Shown one piece after another: positions 9,251-19,938 of a stretch of 20,794 nucleotides of DNA (its first letter is position 1; every line of letters begins with the position of its first letter). The translations under genes and the position numbers were made by a program. Source of the stretch: Trichinella spiralis (lineage: Eukaryota); assembly GCF_000181795.1 (NCBI RefSeq), contig NW_003526942.1, positions 62,001-82,794 on the forward strand, given 5' to 3'. The notes below the pieces were generated by a model. It searched no databases, had not been told where the DNA came from, and saw only the letters and a list, made by a program, of their open reading frames with translations.

Positions 9251-10964
9251 ATGGATTTAAATGGCAATTTAGAAGTGGACAGTGAAATTACGAAGGCGTA
9301 CTTTTTTCGAATTCCACGAGCTTTTGCATTTGCTGGTTACATCTGGCCAGGAGTAGTTGTATCTCCGGAACAAATTCTTACCCTTCGCGAATTTCATTTT
9401 CGACCTACAGACATTTTAATAATCTCATATCCAAAATCAGGTAATAATTTTTAAAGCAAAAGTTTTGCCTTGCTTTTTGCATTTTTCTTTTCTTTCTTTT
9501 TTTTTCTAGGTACTACATGGGTTAGTGAATTGCTTTCTCAACTGTGCCACAGTGAACAGGTGAAACAAAAGCCATTGCATGAAAGAGTTCCTTGGTTAGA
9601 AATGGACAACAAGTATGCATGGGTGCGTGCATTTTGGTTGTGGCAAGTAATATGTGCGATTTTCTCTAATTCTTTTAACCAAAATAAAATTAAATTAATG
9701 AATTAAGTATTTAATGATAATGCATAACTAAATAAATTATTTATTATTATTATTATTGTAAAGTAAACTGTTTTCAGATGTTTTCAAAATTGTTTAATAG
9801 CTTCACAAATCCAATCACACCAATTGCACTTAACGAAGAAAATAACAACCCAAGAATATGGTTTACACATTTACCATTAGAACTTCTTCCAACAGAAGCT
9901 GTTCATGGCAAATGCAAAGTTTGTGGTTTCAATAAACATTTTGGTCATGATCTAGATGATCGTTTATGCCATATTTGAATAGATCATTTATGTATATCGA
10001 AATCCAAAAGACACCGCAGTTAGTTATTATCATTTTCATCGTATGGCTCGTTTTCTTGGTCAACAAGATTTTTCATGGGAACATTTTTTCACCTTATATA
10101 TAAGCGGAAAAGGTATGTCTGAGATATTCCAAGAAATTTACTGCTATTGCTCATTGTCAATTTTGATTACGCTTCAATTAGCGATAAAATTTTTCACACT
10201 ATCTATATTTCTCATTTATATCCATACATATATATTAACTTCTTTTGATTATGTATTTGTATATACGGATGATCTGAATGAATATAAAATACATGAAAAT
10301 GAATATATGAGTATATAATATATATAAATATATATATATATATTCCTTTGACAAAAATTAGAATTTGCAAAAATGAAAAAAATTGAATTTATTTTGATAA
10401 TATGTATTTTTTTGATAGTCGATAATGCTCACTGAATGTATATTGTGTATTTGCAGTATATTGTGGATCTTGGTTTGAACATTTGAAAAGTTATTGGAGA
10501 TTGGGCCAAATTAATCAGAATATGCTATTTGTCAACTATGAAGATATGAAGAAGGTGATCATTAATAATCTGAGTATACTGAAATCCATGAACGTGTGGC
10601 CAATTTTTTAGAATTTGACTTTTCAAATTCAGAGAATCTGCAAGTTTCTGCAATTGAATCTTAGTGCTGAAATTGTGCAAAAAACTATGGACAAAGTTCA
10701 TTTTCAAAATATGAAAACCAGCAATCGCTCCAACAGGAAAGGTGTGTGGTTGTTCAATCAAAAAATATCTGAATTTATTCGAAAAGGTTTGAATTTTCCA
10801 TTAAAACAGTCCATTATTGTGTAAAACTTTATCATTTCATTTATTTAATAGGGCAAGTTGGTGACTGGAAAAACTATTTTACTGTTAGTCAAAATGAGAT
10901 GTTTGATCAAATATATGAAATTCAAATGAAGGCTACAGATTTAAATATTCAGTTCGAAATGTAA
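9251..10964 (+). CDS. Cytosolic PAPS-dependent sulfotransferase (SULT family, Sulfotransfer_1), 327 aa; exons 9251-9440, 9510-9646, 9778-9918, 9983-10112, 10457-10554, 10612-10786, 10852-10964
   Basis: Six GT..AG introns, phase-consistent, 984 nt total. Motifs: 5'-PSB YPKSGTTW, RVPWLE, catalytic His in FTHLP, 3'-[31 protein letters not shown], and [18 protein letters not shown] (RKGxxGDWK plus the KxxxTVxxxE dimerisation motif). Confidence 0.96.
10316..10342. repeat. (TA)n microsatellite in sulfotransferase intron 4
   Basis: taatatatataaatatatatatatata. Confidence 0.8.
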
Positions 10965-12201
10965 AAAAAGCACATTAAATGAAGCGCACATTGATATTCA
11001 TCTTATATTGCAAAATCTTCATTTCTTCTCATCATTCCTTGTTTGTCATATTTTTTAGTATTATTATTAAAATTTCTTGACGGAATTTTCATCTATTTTT
11101 ACACAGGTGAAAAAAGGAGTCGCTTATTTGCCATCTGTTCTAAAATGCAATCTAATTTCAAGAAAATGATCATTATGATCTGAACAATAAAACCAGCAAT
11201 TGCGAAAACAAAGAAGAAACATTTTATGAATTTGCATATGGAAGTTGCATCAATCTCGTATGATATTTATTCTGTAAGATTACAGCGATAACAACAAATT
11301 GAGTACATAGCTACTTCAGTGATAAGAAATAGCAAAACACGCACACTTGCTATGCAATAACACAAACAACTAATTAATGACTACCATCTGTGTCCACAAG
11401 ATATACTTCGGTTATTAAAGCAGACCATTATTATTATGATCGCACGTTGACAATCAACAATTTTCATTAAAGCGTTTTGCAATAATTTCTTCGTGAATAA
11501 GACATTCTTTATCCAATTAGCTTCAAAATCTATTGAACAAGCAATTGCTTGTCGTATTGAAAAATTGAGACGATTACTTAAAAATGACCATTTTTGGTCT
11601 GAAAAAAAATTCAATTTTTTGACATCTTTTCTAAAAGTGCTTCTAATATTTAATGAATTCAGTAATTAACTGCTGAAAGACTGTTATTGTCCTACGCTAT
11701 GCTATTCGCAAAATGGTGAAGCGGAAGTTGTCATGTGCTTGTGACTTAGGTTGCTACTTTCGCGTCTGTGATTTATCATAAAATTTCTTCTTCCATTGAT
11801 TCCTAACTGTCTTTGTAATCTATGTAGCAAAATAGACAAGAAAAATTGTGTAATATGTGAAAAGAAATATGTATATAGATGTCAAAAATGTAAGCAATTA
11901 GGGTGCCTGAAATCTCGTCAGTGCATTGAAACATGACGAGATTCGACAATATAGCGTTCATCGAGTAAAATCTGCTGAATAATTGGCCAAGCTTTGATGA
12001 CGACGTCGAATTTCTGTAGTTGATGATGATGAAAAAAACATGTCGGAAAATTTTCACTGATAGCCAGCTTTATGTGATATTTACCAAACAATGACTCTAT
12101 GCAAAATTGTCGTCAATGAAACTGTAATTGTGATGCAGGTGAGTTGCAGAACTGCAAGAGAGACTGTAACTTTTTGATTGTCATTTACAAAGTCAACAGT
12201 A

Positions 12202-12504
12202 TCAGTCATTTCCATGCCAAACAACCGTAAATGTGTGTTGATGTGAGAAAAACCGCACACATTTTTCCTCTGATGGATCAGATATTACATTCACGTAAGG
12301 CAACTTCTTGCTATCATTTATTTTACACTTGTCAACATGCATCTTGTACCTAGAAACTATTTTCACTTTTTTTACAATCCACTGCCATTTGCCATTCCAG
12401 AAAGTATTGCCATTGTACTTAGATGTGCTTAGTCCGCAGTTGTTAATAACATTGCATGCGCCGATGGTAAGAAATAAATAATGAAGAGACAGCCAGCCTG
12501 TCAT
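12202..12504 (-). CDS. Candidate small secreted protein or first exon (100 aa), unverified
   Basis: ATG at 12504 follows an acceptor-like TTACTTTAAG 3 nt upstream. MTGWLSLHYLFLTIGAC is signal-peptide-like and the ORF has 4 Cys. No recognisable family. Confidence 0.3.
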   Translation of the reverse strand: MTGWLSLHYLFLTIGACNVINNCGLSTSKYNGNTFWNGKWQWIVKKVKIVSRYKMHVDKCKINDSKKLPYVNVISDPSEEKCVRFFSHQHTFTVVWHGND

Positions 12505-12776
12505 TTTCTTAAAGTAATAATTCAAGTGACAGCAAAAGACATCTATTTTCAATTCAGAAAGCACTGAAAGTGTAGCTAAATAAATAAATAATGAAAATAA
12601 ACAAGTTTCACCTTAAAATGCAATTTATTACAGCATTTGAATATCAAATAATGCAACAAATTGAAATATAATAATGCAAAATATAATTCGAAATGCAATT
12701 ACTTCTGCTCGATAACTGATCACTAACACACTTGTCATTAAAGCATTACATTAATTAAAGCGCATCTTTTTTATTA

Positions 12777-13398
12777 CAGTCGAACATGGTCACGTGCACA
12801 TTTTCCTTAAGTGCACAAAATTCTCACTAGTTAATTATACGGTAAAAAATGGATAAGTGTATAACTTGGTTGAGTGCATTATTTTGCAGCGCTCCACGGG
12901 ATTTACTGTTCACAATATATATTCCTTATGTGCACAATAGTCGCGTTGCCGGCCGCTTTAGGTTTATCAGCCATAGCAACTACTGATACTTAGCAGAGTT
13001 TATGGTTCCCTACATCAAAATAAGCAAGCCTATCACAGACAAGGCGAGCTAAGCCTTGCCAAAGTCAAAACAACTACTGCTTACCCAGGAAGTTACTTAC
13101 AAGGAAGCTGTCGCAAATCTGGACACAATTTGACTATATTTTTACGAAAACAGCATAAATTCAGCCAAAAGCTACTAATCCAAATTGAAGATCAGCCAGT
13201 AAAGCTGGTAGCACAAAATATAATTCAAACCTACATTTCTGACAATTTTACTTAAAATAAATGGACATTTTTTTGCATTAAACCTATTTGTAAATGTGCA
13301 GCTATTGCTCCATTCAATTACTCTGCATAATTTTCAACTTTGGATAAGTGGATACTAATTCTTGCCAATTTTCATGTGCACTTAACCATGTTCGACCG
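12777..13398 (+). mobile_element. Non-autonomous pogo/Tigger (Tc1/mariner superfamily) element, 622 bp, both TIRs and TA TSD present
   Basis: Left end TA|CAGTCGAACATGGTCACGTGCACAT; right end reverse complement TA|CGGTCGAACATGGTTAAGTGCACAT (3 mismatches in 25). Internal (T)AAGTG/GTGCAC subterminal motifs. Residual transposase C-terminus EVTYKEAVANLDTI*LYF.../KLLIQIEDQPVKLVAQNIIQTYISDNFT* at ~13089-13255. Confidence 0.92.
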
Positions 13399-13650
13399 TA
13401 TTACAATTCTCATTTCATGTCATGTATTATCAATACAATTTCATTTAATTTTATCAATTCAATGTAATTTGCTTATACTATTTAAGCATAATTATTTTTA
13501 AAACATAACAAATTAAAAAATATAATCCAAATGTCTGATTTTCAAAACAAATTTAACACATTTGCTATTTTTTGCACAAACTGATTAATTGAAATTGTTC
13601 AATGATTAGAAACAAATCATCCAATTTTGAACATTATTTTAAAATGATGC

Positions 13651-14229
13651 TGTTAAGAAATCCTTGGTTTAAACTTGAAGATCTTTCTTGTGGTGGACTG
13701 TATAGGATATTTATAGAAAATTAACGACAACGGATCTGACGAAGAATAGGTTTATTCAGAATGAACAGTGAGTAATAGCAATGATATGGCGAGAGAAAAA
13801 CGGTTCGGGCGGTATTCGATACGGAGTGTTCCGTGTTATTGTCCCTCCTCCCTCCGCACTTGTATTTATATCTTTTTCTTGACCTCACTCCGAGTCTGGC
13901 GACCCAGATCATCGAAGAGCAATTAGAAAATCGGCTTGGTTGCACAATCCCTTAGACTGTGCAGCTTAACCGGGGTCTGAACAGGCGTGCTGTCAGCCAC
14001 ATTTCACTTTGACGTTTTTTCAGCAACTGACCACCGGAGTTGTGGCGGATATATGACAGGACGTTGACCTTTTCTTGCGCTTACTTGCTATTCCATTGTT
14101 TTCCATTGAGAAAAACAAGGGGTGCAGCTGGCGTTGCGCAATTGTTGTTTTCGTACCAGGAGCAATGCTTTGCTGCCACGGGGAGTTTTAGATAGTGATG
14201 AGCAGGTATTGAGAAAAGATTTCTCAACA
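13651..14229 (-). mobile_element. Solo LTR (579 bp), probably BEL/Pao
   Basis: Flanked by a perfect 5-bp TSD GATGC (13646-13650 and 14230-14234). Termini are TGTT...AACA with a short inverted repeat (TGTTAAGAAATC / TGTTGAGAAATC). On the minus strand TATAAATA (13870-13863) precedes AATAAA (13756-13751). The superfamily call rests on the termini and TSD length only. Confidence 0.9.
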
Positions 14230-14233
14230 GATG

Positions 14234-14300
14234 CAATACAATACAATTCAATTCAATTCAATATTTATATTACGTTATAGAATATAATAGAATAATATAA
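14234..14300. repeat. Simple repeats (CAATA/CAATT)n and (AGAATATAAT)x2
   Basis: caatacaatacaattcaattcaattcaat; agaatataatagaataatat. Confidence 0.7.
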
Positions 14301-15109
14301 AACTGGTTATAGCATTGGAATTTGTGCTTTTCTCATTTTCAACGTATAGAGACTACTGTTTAAATCTAAATCTACTTGAATAAAACAAGTACAAATTAAA
14401 AAATAGAGCATAATAATTAAAAATTAACCAACTATTAATAATCAGTAATTTTTATTTTTAAAATATTTTCTAAAAATTCATATCATTACCTCGTAATGCA
14501 ACGTTCTTGAACACTACACGAATATTATTTTCACTATTACGTTTTATAAAAAAATAATAATGGAAAAATTTATGTATCATTGTACAAATCAAACTTCTTT
14601 TTTCTTTTTAAATTATTTGTTAATTTGCTCGTCATACTTTTCATATTTTTTGTGTTCATGTTTTCTTATTCTTACTTTAAAATTATAAATGTTCAAAAAA
14701 TACAGTGCAATATTAAATTACCGGTTTGTTGTTGTTGATGCGCATGTTTTATTTCACATTCAAAACAAGCTTTGAAAAATTTTAATTATCATTCTGTTGT
14801 ACAGCACTTGCACGCTTCTGTAGCATTTCGTTCGGGTCCGTTTGATTTCCGGCGGAACAATGAGCAGATGATGACTTTTATTGACATATTATTTATTAAA
14901 TTATTATTCGTGATTTGTTAGGTGTGTTAAAATTTTGCGGATAGTCGTTAATCGATTATCAGTTTGTTTGAGTTGAAATTGTGTACGCATTGTTTGTCGA
15001 ACGTTGAAATGAAAATCTTCCTTCATCTGTTTTATTCACGATCATGTTAATTAAATATGATAACTTGAAGTTTCTGAGGGTATTTGTAACAAACAGCATT
15101 AGAAGTTGT

Positions 15110-15762
15110 TAGATGATATTTGTTCTACCTCATATCCAGAAACGAGCAAACGTGAGTTTCAGGGCACTGCACAGAAATGTTCGAAGGGCAATATGAACAG
15201 TGGATTCCAATTCGTGATGAATATTATTAATGCAATCCTAGAATTTCATAAAGAGCCGCAGAAAAAGGAAGATGCTGTATATGCTCCAAAAAATATGACA
15301 AGAAACATCAGCAGAAATGTGACCTGCCCATCAGTTTGTGTGTAACTAGCATTATTCTGTTCACACAAGACGTCTCTGTGACAGCTGTTGTGAAACTGAG
15401 AACTTAGCAACCATTTTCACCGTTTGTCGTTTTCAGACGCTACTATTTTGTTTTTCTGTCCATGATATAAATCTGCATAACACATGATACAAAATTTTCG
15501 AAATATGCAGTGAAGTCAGCTAAATTATTGGAAGTTATTATAATCGAGGCAAACATGCAGTATTCACATTTACACCTTCCTACACATCATAAAAATCTTC
15601 AGTATTTAGTACAAAGAAATTTTAGTATAATACATTTCTTGATATCTAAACTCGGCGGCTTTTTTGTAGAACATTTCTCACAAAGTTATATCAAATTCAG
15701 TCGTAAAACTCTGGGATCGCATTTTCCAAACTTGATGCCAAAATAGTTCAGTAATTGAAGGG
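15110..15762 (+). mobile_element. piggyBac 3' remnant: degenerate cysteine-rich domain plus right terminus
   Basis: Frameshifted translation KGRCCICSKKYDKKHQQKCDL/HQFVCN*HYSVHTRRLCDSCC (~15264-15392) matches the piggyBac C-terminal CRD pattern. It ends ...GAAGGG|TTAA (15763-15766). No left end found. Confidence 0.75.
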
Positions 15763-15954
15763 TTAAACATCTGCTAAAGAAGAAATAACCGAAAGTGTTT
15801 GTTGCCTGTTGCAGATTTTTTAATCCACAACAATATACAATTCAACAATTCAGACAAAATTATAAGAGCAGTTACAAACGTGTTTTCTAACTCAATATAA
15901 ACTAGATTTTAAGAGTGTATTTCACGTTTCCTTGCTAACGCATAGTATGTAATA

Positions 15955-17085
15955 CGGTTGAACTCTGATTATCTGAACACAAGATTTTCAGAGAGGGGGG
16001 TTCTTCGGATAATAAGACCTTTTTAATTTTTAAAAATGTATGTACACAACAATTGAAGCGTTTATAGCTATAATGAAGCTCAATCAGACGCGGAGTATTC
16101 GACATTCTGTTTATTATGCGACGTTATTTGCCGTTTACACGCTTAAATTGTATGAGCGTTTATTATTAACACGGCTGATAATATTTTTTTAGCGATACAT
16201 TCAAAAAGCAGCAGGTTTACTTTATATCATATTTCATATAATCACTATTAAGGTTTTGTTTGAACGAAGATAGCTTCTTCTGTGCAGCGGCATCACAAAT
16301 ATGTCTCATGGGCATCAGCTGAGTAGCGCTGATTTCTTTCTGCTGGTCCAACAACTTCAAGCCGACTTTGAGGCAAGAATGGCTCAGCCCTTCATTTGGC
16401 ATATCAGACATATTAGGTGTCTTCATTTTCAACTTTCTCCATTGTTTCGAATATTTCATCGTCACTTAATGGTTCAAATAATGAGATATCATCATTGGCT
16501 AGCTACTGTTCAACTTCTTCTCGCCATAACTTAAACTTCTCGAATATTTCTATTACATCATCACAACTTGTTCATTGGTTTCCACATTCCTCATTGTAAC
16601 CAAGAAGTAGTTTATTCCATGATACTCACAAAGTGGATCTGGAAATCGAATCCCCCCCTTGCGCAAATATATTCCAACAATTTTTTCAAAAATTTACGTT
16701 CCTAAGCTGTGGCACCAGTTAAAAAGCTTCCATTAGCTTCGAAAAAGTACAATTCTTCGCAAGTGTTCTTTCTTATACCGCTTTTTTATAAACTTTGAAT
16801 AACAGCTTGTGATCCATTGGCTGAACAAGCGATGATGCATTCGGTGGCGAAAACACAACCTAGACCAAGCCATTTTTACGGTCTACCAATTATTCGAAAC
16901 TAGGATGACAAGATGCATTGCCAATTGTAAGTAGCATCCTTCCTGATTTTTTTGTCTTTTGCTAGTATTTTTTAACGTGAGAAATATAAATATCTCATCA
17001 TGGCAGCGGGAAAAAATATCTCCTGAATTTTATATATAGAAGGATGCATTTTCCCTATTCTTTGATGAAAATACGGTTGCACAAA
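15955..17085 (-). mobile_element. pogo/Tigger (Jerky/TIGD2-like) transposon, 3' half, with decayed DDE_1 transposase
   Basis: Terminus TA|CGGTTGAACTCTGATTATCTGAAC at 15953 with an inverted TTCGGATAAT subterminal motif near 16003. Minus-strand motifs LLTIGNASCHP (D>G, ~16922), FSPPNASSLVQPMD (QPMD at 16823-16812) and C-terminal ...GLKLLDQQKEISATQL...AAQKKLSSFKQNLNSDYM. Many frameshifts and stops. Confidence 0.87.
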
Positions 17086-17099
17086 TACATCGCCACACC

Positions 17100-18240
17100 A
17101 ACAGACGTATGCGCATTTTGAAGAAATGAGAGTTCACATATTCTGAAATCTATGCTGCACTGGGAACCATCATACGTGCAGGTGCTGACAAAGATAACAT
17201 GTCTGCAGTAGAAGAACTATATTTGCGTAATGGCAGCAGGCCGTTTTGCCGCTGCGCCATGTCGTACAATTGTTTCAGACCTTTTATATGCCATGCTACG
17301 TCTGACAACAAGGCAACGCGAGAAACTCGCAAAGTGACGAATAAAATGGCAGCGGTGAGAGACACCTAGGAAATGTTTCAAAGTAATTTAATGAAGCATT
17401 GTGTACCATCAAAAAAATTAACCATTGATGAGCAACTGCATGGCTTCCGTGGCTACATACTAGGGCAAATAATCATGCTATGCAAGCCAGCAAAGTATGG
17501 TGTGAAGATCTACTAGATATTTGACGCCGAAAATGGTTATGCTCTAAAAGGTTTGCTATATAGTAGCAGAAGTAGTGAACAACGCCAAACTCGACTATCG
17601 AACACCATTGTTGAACAGTGGGCACAGCCATTTGTACAATCTAACAGAAACGTTTTTATGGACCGTTATTTTACTTCTGACTCCATTGTACAACATTTAC
17701 TTGAGCGTGGTTTAATAGCTGTAGGTACAGTCTATGCAAATCGCCGCGACGTACCATAATGTTTGCGGAATACAAGAGGACGTGATGTTTACTCAACTCT
17801 GGCTGTTTATGAGCACAACAAAAAAGTAATCATGATCAGTTATATTCCAAGGAAGAATAAGAATGTTTTTTTGATGAGTACGTGCCATACAACGCTGAAA
17901 ATAGACAACCATCGAGATGACAGAAGACCAAACATCACAAATGATTATAATCTTGGCAAAGGAGGCATGGGCAGCATGGATTTCAAGAAAAGAAGATTTT
18001 TCCTGCAAACGAAAGACCAATAAATACACCATACCTCATTGTTGACGTGTGTATCAACAACGCATACTTACTGATGAGCCAACAGCAAAGTTATAAGAAG
18101 ACAAAGAAACATTTTATAAAAGAGCTTTCGGCTCAACTGGTTAAACGAAACATCGAAACAAGGTATCAAAAATGAAAAAATCTATGGACAAGCAAAGAAT
18201 GCCTTCGTCCGCTACGGACTGCTCCCAAAACCCTAAAGGT
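17100..18240 (+). pseudogene. piggyBac transposase pseudogene (DDE_Tnp_1_7 / PGBD4-like), truncated at both ends
   Basis: Reads EIYAALGTIIRAG...TIDEQLHGFRG (D at 17427)...KPAKYGVKIY*IFDAENGY...NVFMDRYFTS (D at 17661)...VGTV...YNLGKGGMGSMD (third Asp>Gly at 17970)...NAYLL...FIKELSAQL. Stops at 17367, 17514 and 17757, plus later frameshifts. Confidence 0.93.
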
Positions 18241-18483
18241 TGCTGTTTAGCATCACATTCAGGGATGAAATACGACAAAACTTCAAGTATCTGCATATGT
18301 AGACAGATGCCCGGATTAAGTTGTAAAATTTGTCGCCCGGATGAGGGCTAAATACCAATGAGCAATAAAATAGGACAAAAATTTGTCCCAGAACTGATCA
18401 AGTTTAGTTTAAAGTTACACCATTCGTATTGGTTTAAATTAAACAAACATTAAAAACAGTATATTTATTTTAAAGTAAAGTTT

Positions 18484-18877
18484 ATGATTACCAAGACAAA
18501 CAATAATGTTGGTCGTATTTTGGTAAAGCAGTTGGAAACGATTGCATTATCGATAAGTGGAAGAATGGCAAAGAAAACAGTTTCGGTGCCAGTTGTTCAC
18601 AAAGAAATTGGAAAAGAGGACTTGCCAAAGCGTGATTTTAAAATTTTGACAAAATTTCGTCAAGAAAATGTGAGTGGATTGGAGAAAGTCGATCGCATCA
18701 TACCAGCAGTGAAAGATATTATTAGTATCAAAGAAAATTGCAAAGCGGCAGCAGAAAATGCGTTGGATCAATTGAATCAGCAAGATATCCATAAAGAAAA
18801 TGTTCACCTTCTTCTGGAGAAGAGAATAAATGAATATTGTCAGTGTATGCGTGATCATCAAGAACAGAACTGTAAAA
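18484..18877 (+). CDS. Unidentified open frame (131 codons, charged and helical-looking) cut by the assembly gap
   Basis: Stop-free Lys/Glu-rich frame within AT-rich surroundings. The start (18484 or 18565) is uncertain and no motif is recognised. Confidence 0.4.
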
Positions 18878-18887
18878 NNNNNNNNNN
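18878..18887. other. Assembly gap (10 N)
   Basis: Run of n in the sequence. Confidence 1.
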
Positions 18888-19867
18888 GCAGAAAGCTAGG
18901 TTGTCAACGCCACCTATAAGGTCCGTAACAACCAATTATTGCATTGGTTTGCTATAGCAGATGATTAGCTTGTAGAAGCGCATGCTGAATTCCGCTGTTA
19001 CAGGCATACATTTTACATGTGGCTAGCAGATTCGAACCCTTCACCCCATGATTTTTGGGTAGGGTAATTTGCACGCGGACAACCTGCTGCCCGTTGTAGG
19101 TAGAATTTAACTTATATATATATTAGCTTCTACAAATTTTTCTTTCTGAAATTAATATCATTTCCAGTATTGCATTGCTTGATTTTCATTGATATGAAAT
19201 ATTCCGCATTTCGTAGACATATCGGCTATTTAGCTTTCAGCCACTGGACGCAAAGCTTAAACTGAAAACCTTTTCAATTTATAATACTCACATTCTCGCT
19301 TCATAATAATAACAGAAAACAACAACTTTTGAATAATTGTTATGATTTTTCCATTTCAATTTTTACCTTATTTACATTTATCAATAATTTGTGATTTTCT
19401 CTTTCTTATCTTTGCCATTGCTTCTTGTTTAATCAGTAATCTTGCCTTCTTTGTATTTCGGTGTATTCTGGAATAATTCGCATATTAGTAATCGGGAAAA
19501 TGCTTTGAGGTTACCAGAGTGATCATTTTTGAATGTAGTCCATGTTTGCGTGCTTTATGGAATCTGGGATAAAGTTTCTTTGGATTTTATAGAGTAGATT
19601 AGTCAAAAAGGGTGTCAACCCAAAAGATAAATACGGTATGTTTCATGGGTGTCTGTAAGTGCTCTCAGACCTACTTGATGTTTGTTCAAGAGTCACTGTT
19701 TTTAGCTGAATATACGACAAAAACAGTCAGTTCTTTATGGCAGCTTTAAAAACCCATTATGCAGCTATATATTGCTAAAAATAATCAGTTGTGGTGAAAT
19801 TGTGATTGCCACTTTTACATTTTACCATACGTATTGGCCATTGGACCATTTGACCGGGAAAGTACAG

Positions 19868-19938
19868 TGTGAAGATCAACTGGATATATGAAGCGGAGAA
19901 TGGTTATGCTCTGAAATATTTGTTATATGCTGGCAGTA
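19868..19938 (+). mobile_element. Short piggyBac transposase fragment, diverged relative of 17500-17570
   Basis: GTGTGAAGATCAACTGGATATATGAAGCGGAGAATGGTTATGCTCTGAAATATTTGTTATATGCTGGCAG (VKINWIYEAENGYALKYLLYAG) aligns without gaps to VKIY*IFDAENGYALKGLLYSS. Confidence 0.85.

Noticed and set aside
11385..11597. Faint TIR/SEFIR-like spacing (DxxW...C..DF...I..C.R.IIII)
   Set aside because: No box-1 motif, no spliceable stop-free model, and the similarity is within chance for T-rich DNA. It would need an HMM hit.
18888..18957. Continuation of the 18484 ORF past the gap
   Set aside because: The 10-N gap length is probably nominal, so frame continuity means nothing.
19020..19100. tRNA or tRNA-SINE on the minus strand (B-box-like GGTTCGAATC at 19038-19029)
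   Set aside because: No convincing A box, cloverleaf or TSD; at most a very decayed relic.
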